DNA from: Takakia lepidozioides
Taxonomy: Eukaryota; Plantae; Bryophyta
DNA: 64,000 bases
Reading direction: 5' to 3'
Assembly (NCBI GenBank): GCA_030704615.1
Contig: CM060731.1
Location: 79,546,001-79,610,000, forward strand
The translations under genes and the position numbers were made by a program. Positions within the stretch are counted from its first letter, which is position 1, and each line of letters opens with the position of its first letter. Positions 30,866-42,106 of the stretch are shown here, piece by piece. Under the pieces are notes generated by a model that saw only the letters and a program-made list of their open reading frames with translations, did not search any database and was not told the origin of the DNA.

Positions 30866-31699
30866 AAGGACTTGTCGGGCAAGAGAACTGAAAGTGGGGA
30901 AGACACAAGCTGGGAATTGGAGGATCCGTCTGATCGTGCAAGTGGGCCCGCAACCAGCTGAGGTAATTCTGTAGTAAGATTTTTTGTATTGGGGAGGGTG
31001 CCAAGGAAACAGGGCCAGCCCACTGAGCTATCATCGGCACTCTTGGAAATTGGAAGAATATATGTATAAAATGATACCCTAGGGGCCATGATGAACTTGG
31101 CTCATATGGACGCTAAGACCTTTAAAAATGGGCTGTCTTTGTCCTGTTGGTGGACCCGTTGTGATGGGGCAGATTCTCTGGAGCTTAGGTTTATCCTTAA
31201 TAATTGATGATTGTCACACATCCACAGATCTAAGGTTTGGAAGTAGATGCTCTTTCTTTTCTCGGGAAGACGGTGTGTATTATTGGTGTAGATGTGTTAA
31301 AGTGAATGAAATGGATGAGTAAGCATATTTTTTCCAGGAATCCTCCACATGTGATTCCTATCTCTCCAGTAAAACATTCTCTCCTCTGAATTACACCCCT
31401 TGACAGCTAAACTTAGAGGCAGTAGCATCTAGAGCACGACAAAAAAATTAGCATAACAGCTTGAAGGCTACAGCTGAAGAAAGTAGTAAGGGAGAAGATG
31501 ACCAAAGTGGTCAAGATAACTAGTACCCAAATGGGGCACCATTGTATTACCTAGTAATTGAAACCGAAGCATTTAAGTGTAATTAGGGCTCCAATCACTC
31601 TTAAAGTTTTATTTTATTTTATCTTAAAAATGAAAACACATAATTATATGATATTATATTATATTATTATATTAATAATTTTTAGGTGATGGAAGCCTG

Positions 31700-32450
31700 A
31701 ATTTTTATAGCAGCGGGACAAAAGGCCCCAGGAGTGCACAGAGGAAAAAATAACCTCGAAATTGGGTGCCATAGAAGGCAATGCTTCGGAACCAAAGTCT
31801 TGAGAAAAGCAGAGTACTAGCAAGAGATCGGGAACACAAGCAGGAAGTGAAAAGAGATTCAGTTTCTGCAAGGCACAGAGACCCAGTAGCTACCACGTTT
31901 CCTCTTGTATGGTTCATAAGAAAGTTGAGTTGTAGAGAATAATTTAAAAGCAGAATGGAATGACAAGGTACATCCAAATTTTTCCAAGGGCCAAAGAAAG
32001 ACAAGACACTGCTCCACACTCTGAAAGCCAGGTGACAGACAGTCAAACAATGTTCAATTGTTTCTTGAGCCTGTAGATGACAACAGCTGCTGTTCCAGTG
32101 GCATCATAGAAGTGATCCCGAACTAGCAGAATTATGATGACAAGTTTCCACAAGAAACCACGATGCGATGCACGATCTTTTCTCCAAACGTCCCCCCAAA
32201 TCTTTGTCCAGGAAGATGGACAATCAGCAAGGTGGATCCATTTCCTAGACCATTTAGCGTTCATAATGATTGCTGGCTTGAGCATAGGCTTCAGCATAGA
32301 ACAACCCATTTTGACCGAGTATGGGAAGAAAGGGCTGTGTTTCTTATCTCTCCAAATCCATTCCCCGGGATCAAACTGAAGGAGTGAGATTGGAGCTATA
32401 AGGAACCATTGAAGGAAAAGGTTCAAGTTACATAATTATAGCGAGAGGAT
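31700..32450 (-). mobile_element. Degenerate L1-like LINE fragment (post-RT/zf-RVT region)
   Basis: Trp-rich SSWTKIWGDVW...RGFLWKLV, typical of the region preceding the plant L1 zinc finger. It is frameshifted. Confidence 0.45.
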
Positions 32451-33769
32451 TAACAACTAACCTCGCCATAAGACACCAGCACATTGCTCATTGGACCTGG
32501 AAGGAGGAGAAGATTATCATACCATTATTAAGACAAAACCGTAATATATGACAATTATCGAACACAGTGAGAGGAAAGAAGTTCCCGAGAGAAAGTGAAA
32601 GCAAAAATAAAACAAGAAAAATTGTAATAAAATGAAGATATTGTACTTAAGTCAATTCTGTATCGACTCCCACCTACTACTACTTAACGTTGAAAATGGC
32701 AATAGATCATAGGGAGCCGGAAGGCAAGATGAACCAATGTCAGCTACTTTCCCCTTGACACAAGATAAACTTTTGGCGTTCTTCTCTCTATGAGCTTTCT
32801 CACTCGCACATACAATATGTTTTGACTGAACTCGCAGTTGGAAGGTCTTTTGAAGCTTCATTTTGATTTTCGTGATCTCCGTGCTCTCCTAACAGCCGTT
32901 ACTCACAGAAGTCACCGAAAGTCGTTCCACCTTTTCATCAAGTGTAGCAGTTTATCCCGGGATGTTGAAGATAGTTGTGGCTTGATTTCAATCAAGAGGA
33001 TGATTTGCATCAACATGGTCCTCTATTGAAGGTTGAAAGTCAAGCATTGAACAACTTTTTTATTTCTGTAAGTGTATGTTTTGTTGTGGCTTGAGCAAAT
33101 TGGAACTGTTACTCCAAATTGATGAGGAGCGGAATCCTCCGGTCTGGGCCGTTATTATGGTGCAACAAAGGGGGACCAACAAAGGGGGACCGGAGGGTGT
33201 GAGGGCCATGTGAAAGAGTTGTCATAGGTGCACTTGGCTCATGTGAGTAACAGTGTTTTGAGTTCCAATTGTTTTATCTTCAGACCACCACAATTCCCAC
33301 ATGGAGTAATATCATTGTCTTGAGGTTGGCCCTCAATCAAGGGCCTGCCCCCTGCCCTCGACAATATTTCAAAACTTGTTCAGGATTTTGTGCTAGCCGA
33401 ACTCTGTTGTCCAATTCCTTATTTATGTTTCTAAAATTCTCGAGCTCTTGTTGCATTTCGTATTGACGCTTATCCAACGAGTTGAATGCAATCGTGGGAG
33501 CCTTGCCGGTAGGGAGCCGGGGATGGCCATACCCGCAACGTTCCGGAGGGGGCGCGTGCTGTCAAATCCCCCCCCCCCCACTCCCCTCTCACCTGTATTC
33601 TAGGACAAAGGATTAAAAAATCAAAGGCTTGGCAAGAGGCGGGTGGTAGTGTGGTGGCTAAGTGATAAGCAGTACAGTGATAAGGTTCAAATAGTCGCAC
33701 TCAAATGTATTGCACATGCGACTAATCATTGTACTTTTTCATCTCCAGAATAATTCTAAGTCCAAGATC

Positions 33770-34035
33770 CTCGCTCCGTCCCCTCTTCCTAGTGTCCTCC
33801 TAGTGTCCGCTGTCCGCTGCTCTGTACCCTCCTTGTTCCCAGGCCCGCTCCCCTATCCCTGTCCTCGCTCCTCTGTTCCCGGTCCCCGCTCCCCTCCTCG
33901 CCATATGGAACGCAGCTCGCTCCCCTGTTCCCGGTCCCCGCTCCCCTCCTCGTCCTATGGAATGCGCTTGCTCCCGTGTTCCTAGTCCCCACTCCCCTCC
34001 TTCTAGTCCTCGCTCCCCTGTCCCAATGAGGAGGA
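33770..34035. repeat. Pyrimidine-rich ~50-bp tandem repeat
   Basis: ctcgctcccctgttcccggtccccgctcccctcctcg occurs in about 3-4 degenerate copies. Confidence 0.7.
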
Positions 34036-35973
34036 GGGATCGAGGAGAAGGAACATGGGAGCAAAATTGGAGAATATTTGGAAACATGGTCCTAAAGGTG
34101 GGGAGCATGAGGAGGGTGTGGAGAGCTCCCCACCTTCCCAATGGGGATGAGATTTTGACTGGTAGTCTGCTGGAGCCTCTCGAGGCTCCGGCCAGTGGGC
34201 CCACCTGGCCACCACCTCACACTTGGGTGAGCGTAGTCCTCGCCTTTCGTATTTGAGGTTTTTCACTGCAGTGGACCAATTGCTGGGGATGTCTTTCTCG
34301 TCTTCAACTATGAGCTCAATTTCCAGCCATAGCTTATCACTGGCTGCCGGGTTGATCCCTGAGCTAACAAAGAGCTTCAATCTTCTCACCTCTGCCTTCA
34401 ACTGCCATGTTTTGTAGATTGTGACGGGACCTAACACCAATTCTGGTAGCTGCAGCACAGCCCATGTTTTAGTCAGACCCAAAAGTCCCTTTCTTGGTGA
34501 TTGATAGCTGAGGGAAGCTATAGTTGATAGAACTAGGAGGACCGAAGTTGAAGGAGACGAAATGTGAGTTGCTCATTGACAATCCACAGTGGTCTCAAAG
34601 CTGTGTCAAGAAGAAGTGGTGGGTGGGCAGCTGGTTGATGAGATGAGAAGTAGCAATGTTCCCCTTTAGAGATCAGATATAGGGAGTACCAGCCGCCCTC
34701 TTTTTGCCTCAGCCTGTGGTGGCAATCCCTGACCCCTCCACTTCCTCTTCTTCATCTGCTGCTGCTCCTGCTATTTCTATTTCCCAGCCTTCAATGCTAC
34801 AATTCCTCGCACTTGAACGAGTGCTTTAGTCCGTCTCTACCATAGTCCATACAATTGTGGAGCTAGTGCTTTTTGAAGGATTGGGTCTTGTTAAGGTTGA
34901 GGAGTCACCGGGTCTTTCGTCGGAGTGCCCAGACAGCGACTGCATGCTTCCTTTTCAGCAACAAAAAGACCCATTAGTACCAGCAGGCCCAGCTCGCCCC
35001 ACATCACAAAGACCTTCCCATGCAGGTCATGAATTTGTGGAAGGACTCACCTCAGATTGGAGGTGAATACCAAACATCTTTCATCCACAGCCATTTTCTA
35101 GTGTCATGCTCTTACAAACACAATGGCTGCTTACTGTGTAGGACAGACAGTAGCAATCCCCTTGTCCTCCAGTAAACCGGATCTCGTTGCATAAGGCACT
35201 GGTATCGTGAACAGAAAGCGTAGTCAAGTAGCGGTGAATTCTTAGTTCATGCAGCTGATCTGATTTCCGAGCATCGATCCACGATTTGGTCATGCCAGTA
35301 AGCCCCTACAACATTGGCTTCATATCTCGCAGGGGAAACAATTATGGATGCCACACAGGCCATCCAGAGTGGGCACTCAGTCCATCGCAAGTTTTGGTCC
35401 AATACCTGATCAAAGGGTTGCACATGAGCAGCTTGCATGCTCGTCAATCTCCAAAGCCATGCAGCAGAGATGCCCGTCAGCTCCTACCAGCTCCTGGTTC
35501 TGCTGGAAGAGAAGTGAGGGGTGGTTTTTCGCTTATCCACAAGCACCCTCAAAGCAGGGCAGGTTGACGGTGGCCCTTTCATCAAAGGCGAAAGACGTGA
35601 AGTGAAGAAACAATGACAAGCTGTGCGAACCGCTCGGCTTGCGACTGTTTCTTCACCTCACATCTTTCCTCTTTTAACTGGATGTTCCACAAGCGCTCGA
35701 GAGGGAAAAGGCAATATGTTGATGTCTCGGACTGGGAGCAAATGCAGGAGGAGAGTTGAAGAGCTCCAAAATGCCTCGACTTGCCTAGGAGCCTTCTTTC
35801 TTCACATGCACACAAGGAGAACCTAGCTGCCTTAATACATTTGTAAAACATACACGTCCCAATTTTCCTGGGCAGCAGCTAGAGAAATCCCACTCAAACC
35901 GGTACCTTCGATGTTAGTCCTTGTGTAAAAAATTACTGGTCCTTTCATCTGACACACGTACCTATAACTGATA

Positions 35974-38481
35974 TCACCAGTAATCCCCACAAGAACAAAC
36001 ACCATCTTGGAAGTGATGAAAGCGGTTGGCATCCCGGACAACAACTGCTCGTCCAACAATCTTCGAAATGAACTTGGTGGCTGTGTGGCAGTCACCGCAC
36101 ACACGGAGGTTCTTGATGATGCGGATTTGTGTCCCAGGGGACGTGTTTATGAGCCCAAAAGCAATGGCCAGCTTTTCACTGTGGTGGCAAAGAGACAGCT
36201 CCCTTTGTTCCTCCTCCAAATCATGCAGTACAAAACGTGTGTCAGGCACGTACCCTGCATCCTTCATCTTCACAAACAATCTCCCCAGCTCAGCATGGAT
36301 TTCCTCAATCTGTGGATGCAATTTGTCTTCTACAAGGAACGTGTGCACACGATTGTCCACCTCAATGCAGCTGAATCCTGCCTCCTTCCTGATACCTCTT
36401 TCCTCCATAATTTCTCTCACCTTTGCTTTATCCTCCCACCTGCCAGCTGCCGCATAGATGTTTGATAAGAGAACATAAGCTGCAGGGTGCTGTGGATCCA
36501 GCTTGAGAATGCATTTTGCAGCACGCTCGGCTAGCTCTACATTGCCATGATTTCTGCAAGCACCAAGCAATGCCCGCCACAGCAAAGCATCTGCTTGAAT
36601 TGTCATTTTTTCAATGAAGTCCTCTGCCTCATCTAATCGTCCAGCACGCCCAAGAAGATCCACCATGCAGCCAAAATGCTCCACTGTAGCTTTGAGGCTA
36701 CGATCTTGACACATGCAATAAAAGTAGTGACAGCCTTCATCCACTAGGCCTGCATGGCTACATGCAGACAGAAGTGATATGTAAGTGCTACCGTTAGGCT
36801 TCAGGCCCTCCTGTCGCATTTGGTCAAAATGATGCAGGGCCTCCCTAGCACACCCATGCTGGGCACATCCTGCGATTAAGGCATTCCATGAAACCACATC
36901 TCGCTTAGCCATATGCTCAAACACTTCATGTGCATTCTTCATGCTCCCACATTTGGCATACATGTCTACAAGAGCAGTCTCCAAAACAATCTCTGATGGA
37001 ATAAAAGCTTTGATGATATCAGCATGAACCTCTTTGCCCCTTTCAAGCATTCCTAGACTGGCACACGCATTGAGAATGCAAGTGAATGTAAACCTATCTG
37101 ACACCACAGCTTCCTGTTGCATTTGCTCATAGATCTTCAAAGCTTCTCTACCACACCCATGCTGAGCATATCCTGCCATCATGGCATTCCATGAGACCAC
37201 ATCTCGTTTGGGCATTTTGTCAAACACATCACGCGCATCCTTCATGCTCCCGCATTTGGCATACATATCAACAAGGGTATTCCCCAAATTAGTATAAGGT
37301 GCAATTCCAGCTTTAATTAGGAGAGCATGGACCTCTTTGCCCTTATCCAGATCTCCTAGGCTGGCACACGCATTGAGAACGCAGATGTATGTCACCCTGT
37401 CGGGAGTCGTCCCTTTTCGTTGCATTAGCTCAAAGATCTTCAAAGCCTCTATACCACACTTGTGCTGAGCATACCCAGAAATCAGGGAGTTCCACGAGAC
37501 GACATCTCGTTTATACATATTTTCAAACACTAGGCGCGCATGCTTCATGCTCCCACATTTGGAATACATGTCAACAAGGGCAGTGTCTAAGTATACATCT
37601 GACCCACTGATTCCAGCTTTGATAATATCGGCATGGACCTCTTTGCCCTTTTCCAGGGCTCCCAGGCTGGCACAAGCCTGCAGAATGCAGATGAATGTGA
37701 CCCTGTCAGGCATCACTCCTTCTTGTTGCATTTGTTCATAGATCTCCAAAGCCTTTCGGCCACACCCATGCTTAACATACCCTGTAAGCACTGCATTCCA
37801 TGTGATCACATTCCGTTTCACCATACTGTCGAACACCTGACACGCATCCTTCATGCTCCCGCATTTGGCATACATGTCAACAAGGCTATTCTCCAAATTT
37901 ATGTATGACGCATGTCCAGCTTTGATGATTTTAGCATGGACCTCTTTGCCCTTTTCCAGGAGAGCTAGGCTGGCACAAGCACTGAGAACGCAGATGAAAG
38001 TGACCCTGTCGGGCCCGACCCCTGCCCGTTCCATTTGTTCAAATATCTTCAAAACCTCCTCAGCACGACCCTGCTTGGCATATCCTGCCATCATCATAGT
38101 GCATGTAAGCGAATCTTTTTCAGGCATTGTATCAAATACTTGGCGTGCATGCACCACACTTCCACACTTCGCATACATGTTGACAAGGGTGTTCAGCAGA
38201 AAACCATTTGGCTTGAATCCACTTTGGAGAATGTGGGCATGCACCTGCTTTCCCTGTGCCAGATCTTTCCTGCGGATGCACCCTCGCAAGAGGCAGACAT
38301 AGATACTGTAGTCTGCCTGAATGCTTGTTTCATTCAATATGTCAAGTACTTGTTTCAGCCGGCCAGCCTTGCATAGTGCCATCACCTCCTCACTAGTGCT
38401 GGAACTGCTAACCATGCTGCCCGTCTCATGTCCACCAAATATTTGATTCGACGCTGCCATCCTACATGCAATCATCTGCAT
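35974..38481 (-). CDS. PLS-E1-E2-DYW pentatricopeptide repeat protein (organellar C-to-U RNA editing factor)
   Basis: Intronless ORF; the first ATG is at 38481 (the track starts at a TTG, 38517). It has 17 PPRs ending P2-L2-S2, then E1/E2 and a DYW domain with HSEKLA, CGDCH and terminal CSCGDYW. Confidence 0.96.
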   Translation of the reverse strand: MQMIACRMAASNQIFGGHETGSMVSSSSTSEEVMALCKAGRLKQVLDILNETSIQADYSIYVCLLRGCIRRKDLAQGKQVHAHILQSGFKPNGFLLNTLVNMYAKCGSVVHARQVFDTMPEKDSLTCTMMMAGYAKQGRAEEVLKIFEQMERAGVGPDRVTFICVLSACASLALLEKGKEVHAKIIKAGHASYINLENSLVDMYAKCGSMKDACQVFDSMVKRNVITWNAVLTGYVKHGCGRKALEIYEQMQQEGVMPDRVTFICILQACASLGALEKGKEVHADIIKAGISGSDVYLDTALVDMYSKCGSMKHARLVFENMYKRDVVSWNSLISGYAQHKCGIEALKIFELMQRKGTTPDRVTYICVLNACASLGDLDKGKEVHALLIKAGIAPYTNLGNTLVDMYAKCGSMKDARDVFDKMPKRDVVSWNAMMAGYAQHGCGREALKIYEQMQQEAVVSDRFTFTCILNACASLGMLERGKEVHADIIKAFIPSEIVLETALVDMYAKCGSMKNAHEVFEHMAKRDVVSWNALIAGCAQHGCAREALHHFDQMRQEGLKPNGSTYISLLSACSHAGLVDEGCHYFYCMCQDRSLKATVEHFGCMVDLLGRAGRLDEAEDFIEKMTIQADALLWRALLGACRNHGNVELAERAAKCILKLDPQHPAAYVLLSNIYAAAGRWEDKAKVREIMEERGIRKEAGFSCIEVDNRVHTFLVEDKLHPQIEEIHAELGRLFVKMKDAGYVPDTRFVLHDLEEEQRELSLCHHSEKLAIAFGLINTSPGTQIRIIKNLRVCGDCHTATKFISKIVGRAVVVRDANRFHHFQDGVCSCGDYW

Positions 38482-38844
38482 CTGCTTTGAGAACGAGTAG
38501 TACCAATTTGTGTTCAAAACCTTCGATCATCATACAAACAACAACAGGTTGAAGCATCATCAACAACAATGCCCATTGTGTTCTCAGCTTGGAGCTCCAT
38601 GATGTACATCGACACCGTGAACGCTCAAGAAAACGGCGTTTTCCAATCCTTGTCTTCTCGTTTCTGCGTTTTTTAAGCCTTTGTTAAGCCTGCTTACACC
38701 TAAAAACCCGTTTTCCGTTCGCGGTGACTAGTGGGCTTCACGTCTTTGAGCCCACGGCTCGAGGCGAGTAGACGTGAAGCCCCACCACAAAAGCCCTTAC
38801 CTCCCCTGGATACAAGGATGATAGACTCACCAAAGCTGATTGAA

Positions 38845-39170
38845 ATTGCCCATGTCAAGCTTGCCGCGCACACAACAGACTTTTCCTCTCTAAGCCACCA
38901 TCTCTTTCCACAGCTGCAGATTCTCCTTACGCTTTGGCTCTGGCACCTAGATTCAATGGGGTCAAAGCAGGTCTGCAAGTATGCTTTCCACAAACTCGTC
39001 CTTCTCCTTTGAAGGATTGGTGTCATTGAATCGAGCGGTGTGGCGTCCCTTGTATGTACTTCTGGGCAACACCCTGGTTCAAGAGTGCAGGTCTGGGATG
39101 GCCAATGTGCAAGTATCCAGGGAAATCGTGTGCACACTGTGCCCATTTCTGCATCAGACAGGTCAACCTC
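38845..39170 (-). pseudogene. Cytosolic glutamyl-tRNA synthetase fragment
   Basis: Across frames it reads EVDLSDAEMGTVCTRFP / GYLHIGHPRPALLNQ (HIGH motif, 39098-39109) / RFNDTNPSKEKDEFVESILADL / IESRC / LWKEMVA / CCVRGKLDM, with internal deletions. Confidence 0.85.
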
Positions 39171-40013
39171 CAAGGAGACTGTGCAGTGAAATGACTGAAA
39201 CCTGAAACACAGTGAGTCCTGTTTATTTCAGCAGATCCCCAGTTTCTATGCTGTTAAGAAAGGCACGTATGTGGGATTATTTAGCAGTTCTGTGTTCTTG
39301 CCTGAGAAATCCTTGCCTAAATGATCATAATTAAATGAAGAAGAAACACAAGTGATTCTAGACTGTAGCCAACTTACCCATTCGACAAGACCCCATTCAG
39401 ACGATGAATGTTGAGAGGCTCACGCCCCCAAATGATTTCCAGAAGTACGATCCCAAAGCTAAAGACGTCACCCTTTTCAGTTAGAAGCTGCGTAGAGTAG
39501 TACCAGCCATAGAAGACAGGAGAGAGGGGTTGTGAGTCAAAAAGGTTTTATTTTTCATGAACACAGGAAGAAAGGGGGTGAGGGAGGGGAGGGAGCACCA
39601 GGTCTGACAATAAGGTGCTCCTCTGCACTGCACTTGGTGTGTGTCAGCCATGCCAGGGGTCACCACTGTTTGGCTTCCCAAAGTTGTGATCAAGGTCTTC
39701 ATTTTCCAGGGGTTCATCTGGCTTGTTTTGCCCTTCCCTTGCCACAGAGTGACAGATAGAAAGAACAAGAAAGCCATTCCCTCCATGGGAGGCACAAAGG
39801 GCCTAGGGGACATAAGCTAGAAAAAGTATCGGCTTTCTGGTCTGCTTGACTACAAACTTATCTTTACCTCAGCAGTCACACATGCACTGCTTTATGACAA
39901 AATCTGGCAGTCATCCTAAGTGTGTTGTTCTTTCTTGGGACATTTTTGTTTTTTAAATTAAGGGAAATACCCGGGAGCGATCGCTCACAAATGTGGTGTG
40001 AGGAGAAAACAAA

Positions 40014-40394
40014 CCAACAGTCAGTAGCTCAGATGGTTAAGTGCACTAAGTGCCACCCAGATGATTCTGGGGTCAAATCTTGCTACTGACGGGTGTGGTA
40101 TGGTTCCTGGGCATTGTCCCACTCATTCGCCTCCATGGCGCATATATGAAAGAGGTTATTTTCTCCTCTCACTACTAAGGGGCCTGATTTGTGAGCTGTC
40201 GCTCCCAGGTGTTTCCCTTTAAAAAAAAGAAAAAAACAACCTCTTTCATAGTAACCTCGCCGAGCGCAAGGCTCTAGGGACACCGCCCAAGGGAAGGGGA
40301 GAAGAATATGCCACACCCAACAAGGTAGCAGGATTTGAGCCCATAATCACCTGGGTGGCACTCAGTGCTCTATCCAACTGAGCTACCGGCTGGT
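40014..40394. mobile_element. Two tail-to-tail copies of tRNA-derived SINE family A
   Basis: The plus copy head is gtagctcagatggttaagtgcactaagtgccacccagatgattctggggtcaaatcttgctac. The minus copy head is gtagctcagttggatagagcactgagtgccacccaggtgattatgggctcaaatcctgctac. Confidence 0.8.
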
Positions 40395-40810
40395 GGTGAC
40401 ATTTTCATTTCAGAAATTTGACAAGCTCCAAGTCCAACGTTTTTTTTATTGGCGATTTTTCGCCATTTGGCCACCTGAAAATCCCCTTGGCGAATGAAAC
40501 AAAGGGAAAAAGACGTCCAAATAAGGCAGTTTTCCCCAAAAACTAGGGGTCTCAAAAGGTCCTCGCCCGTGGACCCCAGGGGTAGCACAGATGTCGACAC
40601 GGTGGCCCCATGCAGGATGATATGACTGGCCAGATGAGGAGTGGGCTTTAGGGTTGTGGGGCCTCCTCCATTTCCCATGGAGATGCTAGCCCCTGTCTTG
40701 CCAGAACTATACACCTCATTTGTACCAATTAGGCCCCAGCCGCACTAGTTGCTAGCTAACCACAAGTAGCCGTGGCTACAAGGCTGCCGCACATACTGGC
40801 TAACTTTAGC

Positions 40811-41016
40811 CCGGGCTAAGCAATGTTAACGTCGAGGATGCCCACAAAATCGTCCCGCTGCCTGTCTACCTGCCCGGTCGCTGCGCTCCACACTCAGAAG
40901 CGCGTACAGACGCCGGGCTAAGCGATGTTAACGTTGATGATGCCCGCAAAATCGTCCCGCTGCCTGTCTACCTGCCCGCTCGTTGCGCTCCACGCTCAGA
41001 AGCGCGTACAGACGCC
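40811..41016. repeat. 102-bp tandem duplication
   Basis: ccgggctaagc...gcgcgtacagacgcc begins at both 40811 and 40913, with few substitutions. Confidence 0.9.
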
Positions 41017-41881
41017 ATAGCTGCGAGCTCGATCGTTGTGACTGACTTGTGATGATCTCCGAAACAGATGTCTTTGGATAGTCCAAGCTCTCTCCAATCC
41101 AGGAGCCACTCGCACACATTTACCTCCAATCACTCCACCTTGCTTTTTGGGTTCAACTCTGCATTTTGGGTTTTGTTGCTTGGATCATTGGGGTAAAGCT
41201 ACCCTATCAAAGGTGGATTTCTTGTGCAATTCCTTCTTGCTAACCTGATTTTGCAAATGATTATCGCAGTTTGTGATTATCGAAGCTCTTTTATCTGACC
41301 TCAATTTTACTGCAGACCTGAGTAGCAAAGAGTGAGGCTGCTAAGACCATATATCTGCCAGTATAAGAATTGTCATAAGGAAGTAGAGCCATTTCTTATC
41401 TAATTCTCAGATATGCATGCACGTCTTCCCATAGAGTTAAAAGCTCATGCAAGCTGCTAGTGGAAGTTGAGTGCTGCTCCAAATATGATATCAAACTTGT
41501 AGATTATTGAAATCAGGAGTTTCCTGTTGTTGGTGGCTTCGAAACATATAGCCACTACCTTGGGTAGTGCAGTCAATTTTTCAATTATTCCAAATAAAAC
41601 TGTGGATTGGGAGCAAGTAACTCCATAGAGCAGACACTGCAGCTGCCACCCATTGCCTTTGAACACTGTACTATAGAAAATTATCGACAATGATAGACTT
41701 GCACGAGTCAGGAATGTCACAAGGAACTTGCAATATCTGATTCGGATCAAGGAAACTACATAAAAGTTGAACTCACACTTCTTGCATAGAATGAAAGATG
41801 AAAGTCTAACACAAGATCAAAGACTATATACCTAGCTTCCATACCTTAGCATGAGTAAAGGCAGAAACAAAAAATGAGTAC

Positions 41882-42056
41882 TGTTCAACGATCGTGCTTG
41901 GCTATGAGTAATAGTAACACATACTGGTGTGCCCAGTAAGTGGCGAGTCCGGTAAGCGGCGGAGCTTGGAAGTGGATCCTGGCTTTTCTAGATCATGAGT
42001 ATACTCTACGAGTAGAGTACCAAATACTCTGCAGTTGTACTTTCTATATTTCTACA
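41882..42056 (-). mobile_element. Putative short 3' LTR of the Ty1/copia element
   Basis: On the minus strand the PPT tgagtgggag (42066-42057) is directly followed by TGTAGAA... and the segment ends ...GTTGAACA at 41882. Confidence 0.55.
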
Positions 42057-42106
42057 CTCCCACTCAGTGAGCATTCTCTTGCAGATAATGCGATCTGGCC
42101 GATTTG

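Noticed and set aside
35974-36400. U-to-C (KP/GRP-type) DYW domain
   Set aside because: It has canonical HSEKLA and a DYW terminus, consistent with the C-to-U type.
36007-38376. Plus-strand ORFs antisense to the PPR gene (likewise those over the bZIP and BAHD exons)
   Set aside because: Shadow ORFs from codon bias with no recognisable protein features.
40014-40394. Functional tRNA genes
   Set aside because: Stems are degenerate and the heads are attached to a shared non-tRNA body, as in SINEs.
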